A stretch of DNA of 60,222 nt from Mesotaenium endlicherianum (taxonomy: Eukaryota), in assembly GCA_009602735.1 (NCBI GenBank), contig WELA01001939.1:1057213-1117434 (forward strand). Reading direction: 5' to 3'. Made by a program: the position numbers and the translations under genes. Position 1 is the first letter of the stretch, and every line of letters begins with the position of its first letter. Positions 26,612 through 38,062 of this stretch are shown here, piece after piece. A model generated the notes under the pieces. That model ran no database searches and was not told where the DNA came from. It saw nothing but the letters and a program-made list of their open reading frames with translations.

Positions 26612-27942
26612 GGCCACTTACAAATATACTGTGGTGGGTGGCCAAACCTTTTGATAACCTGAAGGAAGCATTACTGGCAGCCCAAGAGATCAACAAGTTG
26701 GAACAAATAAGACTTCTACAGAGAGAAGGAGCTGAAGCACTGGATAGGTACATTGAGACACGCACTGGTGTGGTCCTCTACGAAGAATATGCCAAGATGG
26801 TGGGCTATACAGCAGAGCAACCCCGGTACCTTGCAGCTGATACAAAGAACAAGCCAATTCTAGAATCGGGAGTAGTGGGAGATCAGAGACTCATCAGGAT
26901 GGTGAGCATGCAGCCCGATAGCTTGAAGGATACGGTATTCTACCTCACACTACTGCCAGCTTACAATGAAGTTGAAAGGAGGAGCTGGGAGTACTTGGCT
27001 TGGGAAGCAGGGCAGCGAATGTTCTCTCCCCACTGGTTCCCTTGTAAGCTGAAAGAGGCTGAGCATGGACCATAATTTTACCAGCAGCCCACAGACTGGA
27101 GGTGGATGATCGTCACCAACAAAAGCAAGCGTGTGACCGGGCCCAACCAGACGAATTTCACTATGGGCTAGACGGCTACCTCATCCTACCACCTCACATT
27201 GCCCCTTGGGACCCCAGACTGAATGGCTGCCTGAGTAATATGAATGCGAAGACCAAAGAGCAAAGGAGAAGGGGGAGAGACTATTTTTCTAAGGGGAAGC
27301 AGGCTTTTGTCAAATGGGCAAAGAATGCAGGCAGGATAGATATCAGCAGGCTGAAGGCCAAGCAACCTCCAGCTCGTCCTAAGAAAGGGCAGTCAGTAGA
27401 TTTTTCCATGTCTACCAAGGAGCAGGATGACTTAGTGGACGAGACTCCTACCCTCTTAGAGAAGGAAGATGAGGAGGATGAGGAAGAAGAACAGGGCAGA
27501 GGAGAAGCATCAGGAGCGGGTTCTCAGGAGACCCAGGGGCAGGCAAGATCAGGGCTTCCTAGGGAGGCAAGATCAGGTGTATGGAATGTGATCCCTATCA
27601 TGTAGGCAGGACCCCGCACTCGTTCCCTCAGCCCACCTGCCCAAGCAGGGGAAGAAGCTGATCTGACTATACTTGGCAGCATGCAAAGGTAGAAAACCCC
27701 AGAGGACAGGGGTGCCAAGGCAGAGACACGCGGAGTAACCAGAGGTATGCCGGCCTTTCCCTTCGCTCAGGGACATGTACCTTTTGCCAATATATTTCAG
27801 CATCCTACTGGAATGCCTGTCTATGTGGGGATCAACACCCAAGTGGTTGAAGAGCAGGCTACAATCCTTCGTTCTCCTCAAGGTCTGACTTTAGAACAAA
27901 CAGGGTTCTTTAGAAGGCCAGCTGACAGATCTAGAGGGCTGT

Positions 27943-28683
27943 TGAAAGGGGCAGAGTGCCCTAGTGGAAGCGTAGTGATTCACGAGGAAAAGAACTAGTT
28001 GCGATCATACTAAAGAGTGCAGCGGCATATCACTAAGAAAGCTTAGGAAAATTACTTGACATTTTGATTAGCAAAAACCGCTCACAAACGATGTAGGATG
28101 GAAGGCCTTGTCATTACAAACCCGTAGAAATTTACAGAAGTGAAATCTGATAGGAAACAAAGAAGTTATGCCTATTTATAATTTTCTGCCTAATTGCTCC
28201 TCTCTAGAAGGAAGCTACAGATTTTCCTAAGTGTTCGTCAAATCGTCCCTTCCAAAATATTTGTGAGTAAGCCAGATCAGTCTAATCTGACGTGTCGGGC
28301 CGAATTGACGTCCCCATACATGCATCAACATTACTAGAATATTCTATCTTAGACGCGCTAGGCTAAATCGAAACTTCTAGGTAAATCGACCTAGTCGGCA
28401 CTCCGCGTCAGCCGAACTTACGTGAAGATTCGAGTTCATTCTAACGGGCCAGATCGCTCGACGCTGTCGGTCAATCCGACGGTCGCGCTCACCGCGAATT
28501 AAGGACAGTCGTCAACCGACCTCAAAACTAATTAAACTTCAGAAATCCGTACCTCTCAATACTTGACCAAATTCGACGAACTTTACATCAGAATGACCAC
28601 AAAAATGCACTCTACACTACTGTACAATCAAAACATACTTTCATGAAACTCAAAAATGCACTTCATAAACCTATGACCTTACA
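27943..28683 (-). mobile_element. Solo LTR of family A, TSD GCTGT
   Basis: Reverse complement of the A LTR; gctgt at 27938-27942 and 28684-28688. Confidence 0.94.
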
Positions 28684-28978
28684 GCTGTCCAGATCTAGGT
28701 CCAGATCTCAGTCTCCTGACCTTGAAGCCCCACGAGCAACCCTTAGACATCAAAACCATCCTCCAGTCAAGCCTTGTTGGAGGCCTCTCTGTTTGCACCC
28801 CACAACGGAAGTGGACTGAGGGTGGAGGTGACAGTCCACTGTCACTAGTGATACCCACAGCTAGGCAACAGTGGTGAAATAAGAGGCACGCAATGGGGGG
28901 TTAAACCTGTTAGTTCCCTAACAAGATACTTCTACAGTTTAGTGTTGTCGAGGCGACAACAAGTTAAGTTAGAGGGAT

Positions 28979-29645
28979 TGTAATACTATATTGGTAGATA
29001 TGATATTCATTTAAATATAATAGTCAATTAAGTTCAGCCTGTTGAACTCTAGTTAACGATCAGTCTGCTGGACTTCATATTTAATATCAATTTAATGACT
29101 CAGCCGGAAGCAGCAGGCTGAAGTCAACTTAAGTCAGCTTGCTGATATATTCTTTGACAGCCAGCTGACATCCGTACTCGGTAGCAGCGAACTGCCTCCA
29201 TATGCATCTAAGTGTGGTATGCTAGATGAATGGCCAGATAACATCCCTATGATGGATGGCGATTCGGGATGATGGGAGATGGCGATGGATTTGGTTAACC
29301 GAGGTCCTACCAACGTGGTTAACTCCCAGGTAGGCGGTGCCATCGCACTGGCCGTTGAAAAGTAAACTCATTCCATGTACATATGCTAGGCTTTGCTCTC
29401 GAGAGATCTGAATCCAAGGCAAGAAGCCATTGATACGCACTGTCTTCTAACCTTGCTTATGTATGAGTTTACTGAATGCATTATTGATACTAGTTTACTC
29501 GCATTTGACTTACGAGTATTATTCACTGCTAGTGTGTTGTCCTTTGCCGTTTAACCAGTTAACGAAAAATACCATAAAGATTACATGCTGATATAAAGAT
29601 TTTTATGAATTATTGATCTCCTATTTGGTAAGTCGATTCATTTCA
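28979..29645 (+). repeat. Family B LTR shared by B1 (as 3' LTR) and B2 (as 5' LTR)
   Basis: Preceded by a PPT and followed by a degenerate PBS gTGGTATTGGAG (29647-29657); ~50-nt internal deletion near 29405. Confidence 0.9.
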
Positions 29646-29679
29646 GTGGTATTGGAGTGGTTATCGCAGTCTTCTTTGT

Positions 29680-32600
29680 GTGGTAAGGACAAGGTCTCAA
29701 ACTAGCAACTCCTAAGACGTGGAGAACCAGGATAACGAGAATGTCAAAAACCAGGCGGAAAGCCATGTAGCGGGAACTCGTACCTATTCTGAAGCAGTGG
29801 CAAATACTGCAGCTAGAGAGGCTGCAGACGAGGCAGCTGCTATTGTCGCAGTCGCAGCACAGCAAGCTGAGGAGGAGAGAGCCAGATTAGAAGCTGAACA
29901 ATTAGCAAAGGCTGCTGAAGATACAGAAAGGAGGGAAGGACAGCCAGCTGACGAGCGCACTGTTGAAGAACTTATGGCATCGAGGGCTACTGATCTGAAT
30001 CCACCTCCTGATGTACAACTCAATTTACCCCTAGGTCAAATACGTGACCGGCTGAATGCGGCACGAATTGCTGCTGCAAGAGCGAGAGGGACTGTTGAGG
30101 ACACTACTCAGCGAGTAGATGCCAATGCTGCTGCTGCATTTGCTAGACTACCACCCCAGAGTGTAGACTTGGGAGCATTGTTCGTTCAAGTGCAGTCGCA
30201 AATGGCGACCATGTATTAGTCCCAACAGGAGGACAAAAGATTCATAATGTCTCTACTGCGGGACGGAGACCAACTGGGGTCTCAAACCACTGGTGGTGGT
30301 GGCAGAGGGCCTAGTAAGCCCAAGCCAACACCTCCCCAGGACTATGATCCTGAGGGAAACAGAAAATATAACCTGATCAAGTTTCTCGCGGATGTTGAGC
30401 AGTGGCTGGAGAACTACCCAGAACTGCAAGATTACAAGAAGGTCAGGCACACCGGTGCGCTACTGAAAGGCAGTGCCGCAGACTGGTGGCTATACTAGAA
30501 AGGAGAGCGTAAGGCTCCGCAACTCGGTGACCCTACGTGGGTAGAGTTTGTCAAGAAGTTGCATGAGAACTTTGATGTCATCAACCAGCAGGAGAAAGCT
30601 ATCTATACAATGATCTCCCTGACACTGTAGCAGACCACTTCAGTTGCTAAGTTTGCTCCAAAGTTCCAGGAGTATAATGCTATACAGTCTAGAGGTAGAG
30701 GTGGTTTCTCTCGAGGCTGCTATGGAAGAGGTGGTGGTAGGACTAAGCCGAGACCAGCCTCAGCAAAATCTGTTCGCTTCCATTGCCAGCAGACGGGTCA
30801 CTTCAGAGAGCAGTGTCCAGTCCAGCACCTTCCATAGGTCGAGAGAAAAGACCAGCCTTTGAAAGACAGCAACAGTCAGTAATCCTGTCTACTGACTGTG
30901 AGGATGCTAGAGATAGTGAGTTGTCACTAGTTGCCCTCGTGGCAGGTAATATGGGACCTGTTGAACTATATTTACTATGCATGCCTGACAACCAGATAAA
31001 GGAGACCATTAGCAATATAGACATCCAGCGAGTATACACTCTTGATGCTCTTGTTCCACCCAATGTCCAACATTTCTTTGCTAAGCCAGGAGAACAATGC
31101 GACAGTCACGAAAAGACAGTCCCCCCTATTCTAGTGCATTGAATGATTGCAGGTAGGAAGGTGAGGGCATTTGTTGACGGAGGGGCGTCACATACTTTTA
31201 TCCATAAGGACTTAGTTGAGCGGCTAAGGCTGCCTACTGTCACCCAAGGGAATAGAAAAATATTCCTTGGAGATGCCTCAAGTATCCCGGGAGGAGTCAT
31301 AACCAAGCCTATTGAGGGCCAATTAGGTGCTGGCATTGCACTTCTAACTGAAACGCTTACATTTGAGGTACTCAACACTGGCTTTTATGATCTCGTGCTA
31401 GGCAGGTCCTGGCCTAATAGACATCAAGCTGAAGTGTGTTGGAGCAGAGGTATAGTTAAAGTGAGAGAAGCAAGTGATGGGCAGACTCACTTGGCACCCA
31501 CCAGTACTCTTCTTCTTGTGCTGTGTGGATGGCAACTGAAGGAAAAGAAGAGGCTTCCAGAAGGATCCAAGTTGCTGAATGCAATGGAGTTCGTCAAAAG
31601 CTAGAACCAGAAGAAAGACAGAATGTTTAGTCTGCTGCTAAGAGAGGTACCTCCTCAACCTGAAGAAGTGGTTGAGGAAAAGGTAAGCCCTCCGGAGCTC
31701 CCTACTGCTGCAAAATTTGTTGGTCAGTACACGGATGTATTTAATATGCCTCCATAACTACCCCCTAAGAGGGAAGTAGATCATAGGATTAATTTATTAC
31801 CTGGGAGTCAACCACCCTGGCAACGCACTCATGGCTTGTCTTACGTGGAGAGCGAGGAGTTGAAAATACAGATTGCAGAGCTGGAGGAAAATGGTCATAA
31901 TTCCCCCAGTAGATCACCTTACGGCGCATCCATCCTATTTGTTAAGAAAAAGGATGGCAGTATGCGGATGTGTGTGGATTACAGAGCTCTGAACAGTATT
32001 CCAGTAAAGAACAAGTACGCTTTACCCAGAATCAAGGACTTGCTTGATATCCTGTCTGATGCTAAGGTGTTCAGTAAGATTGATCTCAAGAGTGGTTATC
32101 ATCAAATCAGAATTGCCGAGGGGGATGAACACAAGACTGCCTTCCGCACACGTTATGGACACTATGAGTTCAACGTGATGCCATTTGGACTGACTAATGC
32201 TCCTGCGACCTTCATGGGTGCTATAAATGACATTTTCAGACCTTATTTGGATAAGTTTGTTCAAGTTTTCCTGGAAGATATTTTATTTTTCTCTAAAGAT
32301 GAAGCTCAGCACACTGAACACTTAAAGAGAGTCCTGGACACTCTGAGAAAAAAATCACCTGTATGCTAAAATGAGCAAGTGTGATTTCTTTAAATGAAGT
32401 ATTGAATTCTTAGGCCACGTTGTCAGTAAAGACGGCATCATTGTGGATCCTAAGAAAGTCCAGACCATAAGGGACTGGCCAGTACCACAGTCTGTCTCTG
32501 AAGTTAGATCCTTCCTCGGGTTGGCTAACTACTATAGGAGATTTATTGAGAATTAGTCTACAAAGGCCAGTAAACTGACTGACCTTACTAAGAAACACAT

Positions 32601-34681
32601 AGGGTATGTGTGGGGGGAAGAGCAGCAGGCTGCCCACCAGACCCCTAAAAAAGCTCTTTGTTCTGCCCCAGTGCTAGCCATGTATGACCCCAGCAAACCG
32701 GTGCAGGTGGTTACTGATGCCTCTGACTTTGCCATGGGTGCTATTTTGTTGCAGCCTGCTGACAAAACCACAAAGGATGGTAAGGTACGGCAGGAGTGGC
32801 ATCCTGTGTTGTACGAGTCTATGAAATTTAATCCAGCAAAGATTAATTACTCGGTGCATGATAAAGAGCTGCTAGCTATCATTCATGTGCTCAAACAGTA
32901 GAGAGCATACTTACATGGTAAAGCTTTTAAGGTGATTACAGATCATCTAGCTCTCACTCACTTTCAGAAGATGTCCAAGCTGTCGAGGAGGGAGAACCGC
33001 TGGAGCCAGATGCTGGAGCAGTTCCAAGTCCAGATCGGCGACAAACCAGGGAAGTTGAATCCTGCTGATGCACTCTCTAGAACACCTGACTTGCAAGAAA
33101 GAAACTTTAGTCAGCATGCTGTAGATAAAGTCCTGTGTGCACACACTTCACTGAAGGTGAAAAAGTCCTTCCTTGAACAACTTAGGAAAGCCTACCTTTC
33201 GGATCCAACATTTGAACCCAGCCCCACTACTGGTGTGTGTCGTGCTACTACACTCGGGTATAAACCTAAGGGAGGGGTCTGGGTGACTGAAACTACTTCA
33301 GGCAAGCTGAAGCTGGTCATTCCTAATAACTTGGAAATAAGGTCCCTTTTATTGTGTCAAGCACATGACAGTTTACTGGGTGGGCATTTGGGGCAGGCCA
33401 AAACTGTTGGCAAATTGGCAAAACATTATCATTGGGAGGGGTTGCCACGGGAGGTCTTGAAATATGTGAAGTCCTGTAATCAGTGTCAAAGAAATAAGTC
33501 TAGGCACACACCCTCGAGAGGTCTCTTGCAACCGCTGCCCATCCCAACGGGCCGCTGGGAAACTATATCCATGGACTTGGTGGTCACACTACCACGAACT
33601 GCTAAGGGGCATGATTCGATACTGATAGTCGTGGATAAACTGACAAAAATGGTCATATTCATCCCCACAACTGTAAAAGTAACTGTGCTCGAAACAACGA
33701 GACAGTTCTACAACCATGTAGTATGCCAACATGGACTACCCTCTAATATCATCTCAGACCGAGACTCAAAATTTACCTCTAAATTCTGGAGAGCTTTAAT
33801 GGGGTTAATGGGATTCAAACAGCAGCTCAGCACAGCAAACCACCCTCAGACTGATGGGCAGACTGAAAGAACTAACCGAATTCTGCAGGAGGTGCCGAGA
33901 GCATGTATTAACCAAAAACAAGATAATTGGGATGACCTGTTGCCTCAAATTCAGTTTGCGGTCAACAGTGCGGTGCACGCGTCAACGGGCAAGACTCCTT
34001 TTGAACTCAGCCTGGGTAGAGTTCCTAAGTCTCCTTTAGATGTACTGGGGGAGTCTTTAACTTGCCCTGAAGGGATTGACAACCCGGTCTCCCTCCAGTT
34101 AACTCAGGAGTTTGCTGACACCCTGTCAGAAGTCCAACAAAACCTGCACAAAGCTCAAGAAAACCAACAAAAATACGCTAATCAACACCGTCGGGAGCTG
34201 ACATTTTCTAAGGGCGATTTAGTCAAACTGCATTCCCAGCACCTGTACCTCCCTGGTGTGGTCAAGAAAAAGCTTGGCCCCGTCTGGGTCGGTCCATATT
34301 CGGTGGTACGTCGTGTCGGTCAGAATGCTTACAAACTGAACATGTCAGCGGACTACAAGGGTCACCCGGTCTTTAATGTCTCCTTCTTGGAACCATACAT
34401 CAAAGGTGATACACTGTTCACAGGTCGGTTACCTGTCCATTCGGAATCGGTCCCCGCTATCCGGGACGGCAACCCTGAGGAATATGAGGTCGATGAGATT
34501 TTAGACGCTCGCTCGGTCCGTCGATCGTCTAAATATGTCATGAAGTATCTCATCCGATGGAAGGGTTACGATGCCTCTGGAGACACTTGGGANAGACACT
34601 TGGGAGTTTTAAGACCAGCTGACCAATGCCAAAGGGGCGTTGAAACGGTTCCACCTTTGGGCGGCTGGGACACCGCCCTAA
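29680..34681 (+). pseudogene. gag-pol: Degenerate gag-pol of B2
   Basis: Collinear with B3 gag/pol; several TAG/TAA stops and frameshifts. Confidence 0.9.
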
Positions 34682-35029
34682 TTGTCCATTGAGTAGACAT
34701 GGGAAGGTGACAGGAGGTCCTTTCTCCATATAAGTTGGAGGGGGATGTGACAGTTAGTGACAGTTGTGACAAGCAGCCCACCTTTAAAATTAAGTTGGAG
34801 GGAGTGGTATTCTGTTTCAGGATCAGCCGGAAAATCTCTGATAACCATATTACACACTCAACCTGCGCTCACACTCACTTTCTCTCTAACTCAATTTTCC
34901 CTTATATTCACTCACACCAGGTATTTCACACTAGGAACTCTCCTGATCGCGTTCCTCTTCATCAAGGGCACTCAGTAGCGGCAAAATATTATGACTTCAC
35001 TAACTGCATTGTGTTTATGATTGAGCAGG

Positions 35030-36694
35030 ATGACTCAAAAGTCGGAACTCAAGAGGAAGAGAAGGGCGGAAGAGGCACATGCAGAATACTTGCAATTCCG
35101 TGGAGACATCGTATCATCCTCCATCTCCGCTCGAGAATCACATCGACTCCAACAACAGCGGGAGGCACAGAGGAAGAAGGAGGAGGAGGAACAGGCCAGA
35201 CTGAGGCAGGAAGAACTGGACAGAAAAGCTGCACAGGAAGCCAAGAAAGCAGAGGAGGAGAGGCAAGCTGAGGAGAGGCGGAAGCATCAGGCTGAAGAAG
35301 AGCAGAGGAGAATCAGCAGCTACCGCTACACAGTACTGGGCAAGGGCTTCGATCTACTGGAGGAGGCCTTCAAGTATGCTCAGAGAAGTCGCAGCGAGTC
35401 ACAGAAGGACATCCTCCAGAGGGAAGGGGAGACATCCAAAAACTTTGACAAGTATATAGAGGTCTGCACGGGGCTCCTCCTCTACCACGATTACGCCAGG
35501 ATGGTAGGATATACAATCGGAGAGGCCAAGGCAATGGCCCAGGTGAACAAAGCAGGAGCTGTCTCGATTCCTGGTATCTGGGGGGCAGATAGGGTCATCA
35601 GGATGATCCCCATGGACGCGGATAGCTTCAAGGACTCAACATCCCCTAACAGGTTCAAGGCCGTGTATAATGAGGTGGAGAGAAGGAGCTGGGAATTCTT
35701 GGCCAGGGAAACCAGTCAGCTAGACTTTGCAGGGCACTGGTACCCTTGTACTCTTAAAAGGACAGACCCTGCCTTCTTTCAAAAGCCCACCAATTTGCGG
35801 TGGATGACCATCAACATGAGGGACCAGCAGAATGACAGGGCAACGGATGAGGATTTCCTGACAGACCTAAAGGGGAACATAGTATTGCCCCCTCACATTG
35901 CGGCTTGGGACCCAAGATTGGATGGAGTCAGAGACTGCATGAACCAAGAAATGCAGGGCGACAGAAGCAGGGCCCGAGAGTCATTCTCAAAAGGGAAGCA
36001 CGCTTATGCCAAATGGGCTAGCAAGCAGGGGAAAAAGGACCTGTATGCGGTCCGGACTCAGCAGCCCCCACCAGCACCCAAAAGGGGAAGGTCAGTGGGA
36101 TATTCTTTTTCTCGGGAAGAACTGGAGCAGCTGACAGAAGAGACCCCAGAAGTCTCAGAGGAACCCGGGGACGGAGAAGAGGAGGAGTCAGAGGAAGACG
36201 AGGAGGAAGGCGAGGAGGAGGACACTAGCCTCGCCGTGATCCTGACACCTGCCACATCCCCTGTCAGGGAGAAGACGGGGTTGGCCCTGCAGCAGCTCGC
36301 TGAAAAGGAGGATATCACTTGGCTGGGAACTGCCAGAGGACAGAACCCATCTCCAGGCACGGAGACCCAGTCAGAGAGGGCAGACAAGAGGGCTGCTAGA
36401 GAAATAGCCAAAGGCCTGCCGGCATCTCATTCGCAAAGAGGGCATGTACCCTTAACTCATGTCATGCAACATCCTTTTGGGATGCCGATATATGTACCCG
36501 TCAGTTTGAGGGCTGCCCAGGAGAAGGCTGCCTCCATTTAGTTTTAGACCCTGCAGGAGGAAACAGCACAGTTACTGCGTTCTCCGCCGGGTCCCTACAC
36601 GGAGCCTCCCTCTCTGACAGGCTTCAGAAGACCCCAAGACAGGAGGAGGACTGACTCCCCTGACCATAGGGCCCCAGGGGCATCTGCCTCTTAA
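35030..36694 (+). CDS. ORF-X2: uncharacterised extra ORF of family B; open to 36541 (503 aa), ancestral end 36694 beyond two TAG stops
   Basis: Charged coiled-coil-like N-terminus with KRKRR, core YRYTV...YNEVERRSWE...LPPHIAAWDPRL, acidic tract and HVPL...QHPxGMPxYV motif. The tail after the stops (LRSPPGP...FRRPQDR...SPD) aligns with X1. Confidence 0.85.
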
Positions 36695-38062
36695 AGGCGG
36701 AGGGCCAGGGGCACAGCATGCTGGAGGGGAAAGGGACCAGTAATTTCAATTGGGGAAACCTATGTACCCTGTGTCAATGTTGTCGAGGCGACAACGTGTT
36801 AAGTTGGAGGGACTGTAATGAATCAGTATATTAGTTGATATAGTATTTATTTAAATATAACAGTTTAATAAGTTCAGCCTGCTGAACTCTAGTTAATAAT
36901 CAGTCTGCTGGACTTTATATTTAATATCAGTTTAATGACTCAGCCGGAAGCAACAGGTTGGAGTCAGCTTAAGTCAGCTTGCTGACACATTCTTTGCAGC
37001 CAGCTGACTTCCGTACTCGGTAGCAGCGAACTGCCTCGATATGCATCTAAGTGTGGTATGTTAGATGAATGGCCAGATGACATCCCTATGGTGGATGGCG
37101 ATTCGGGATGATGGGAGATGGGGGTGGATTTGGTTAATCGAGGTCCTACCAACGTGGTTATCTCTCGGGTAGGCTGTGCCATCGCACTGGCCGTTGAACA
37201 GTAAACTAATTCCATGTACATATGCTAGGCATTTGAAATGAATCGACTTACCAAAAAAGCGATTAACAACTAATAAAGATGTTTATATCAGTAATCTTTA
37301 TGGCGATTTCCGTTAACTGGTTAAACGGCAAAGGACAATACACTAGCAGTGAATAATACTCGTAAGTCAAATGCGAGTAAACTAGCATCAATAATGCAAA
37401 TCAGTGAACTCATACATAAGCAAGGTTAGAAGACAGTGCGTATCAATGGCTTCTTGCCTTGGATTCAGATCTCTCTCAGTAAGCTGTACAGGAGAGTTGG
37501 CCTCGTTTCCGAATGCCGAACTCGAGAGCAATGCCTAGCATATGTACATGGAATGAGTTTACTGTTCAACGGTCAGTGCGATGGCACCGCCTACCCGGGA
37601 GTTAACCACGTTGGTAGGACCTCGGTTAACCAAATCCACCGCCATCTCCCATCATCCCGAATAGCCATCCATCATAGGGATGTAATCTGGCCATTCATCT
37701 AGCATATCGTACTTAGGTGTAAGTCAAGGCAGTTCGCTGCTACCAAGTACGGAAGTCAGTTGGCTGTCAAAGAATGGGTCAGCAAGCTGACTTATATGGA
37801 CTTCAGCCTGCTGCTTCCGGCTGAGTCATTAAACTGATAATTATGTAAAGTCCAGCAGACTGACTATTAACTAAAGTTCAGCAGGCTGAACTTAATTAAC
37901 TATTATGTCTAAATGAATATTATATCCACTAATATACTGATTCATTACAATCCCTCCAACTTAACTTGTTGTCGCCTCGACAACATTAAACTGCCAAAGC
38001 CTTAAATGAAGGAACTGACCTTGACCAGCCTCCCCTACTGACTGTCTTCTCACCCTGTCACC

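Larger units (their letters stand above)
20536..28746 (+). pseudogene. ORF-X1 of B1, split by element A (20828-26611) and solo LTR A (27943-28683), with frameshifts and stops
   Basis: MTPTTQNEDRKRK...QKSLA | TYKYTVVG...RRPADRSRGL | SRSRS...TP*, collinear with the intact copy at 38063-39739. Confidence 0.88.
18299..29645 (+). mobile_element. Ty3/gypsy chromovirus family B, copy B1: 5'-truncated, degenerate RT-INT-chromodomain, ORF-X1 (interrupted twice by family A), 3' LTR 28979-29645
   Basis: FLDD RT fragment at ~18340, integrase HPQTDGQTER, chromodomain remnant ending 20145, and PPT aagttagagggat before the LTR TGTAAT...TTTCA. Confidence 0.85.
28979..37233 (+). mobile_element. Family B copy B2: LTR-gag-pol(CHD)-ORF-X2-partial 3' LTR (36814-37233, cut by B3)
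   Basis: gag 29680-30882 (stops, deletion at ~30672), pol to ~34681 with stops, ORF-X2 from 35030, PPT aagttggagggac at 36801-36813. Confidence 0.9.

Noticed and set aside
34580..34610. Apparent frameshift and duplication in the B2 chromodomain (similar joins at 21584 and 53030)
   Set aside because: A single N between duplicated flanks is a scaffolding overlap, not biology.
37436..37702. Recurrent 88-aa ORF MRINGF... (also 45500, 46483, 29222)
   Set aside because: Antisense within the LTR with a non-ATG start; recurrence is explained by LTR copy number.
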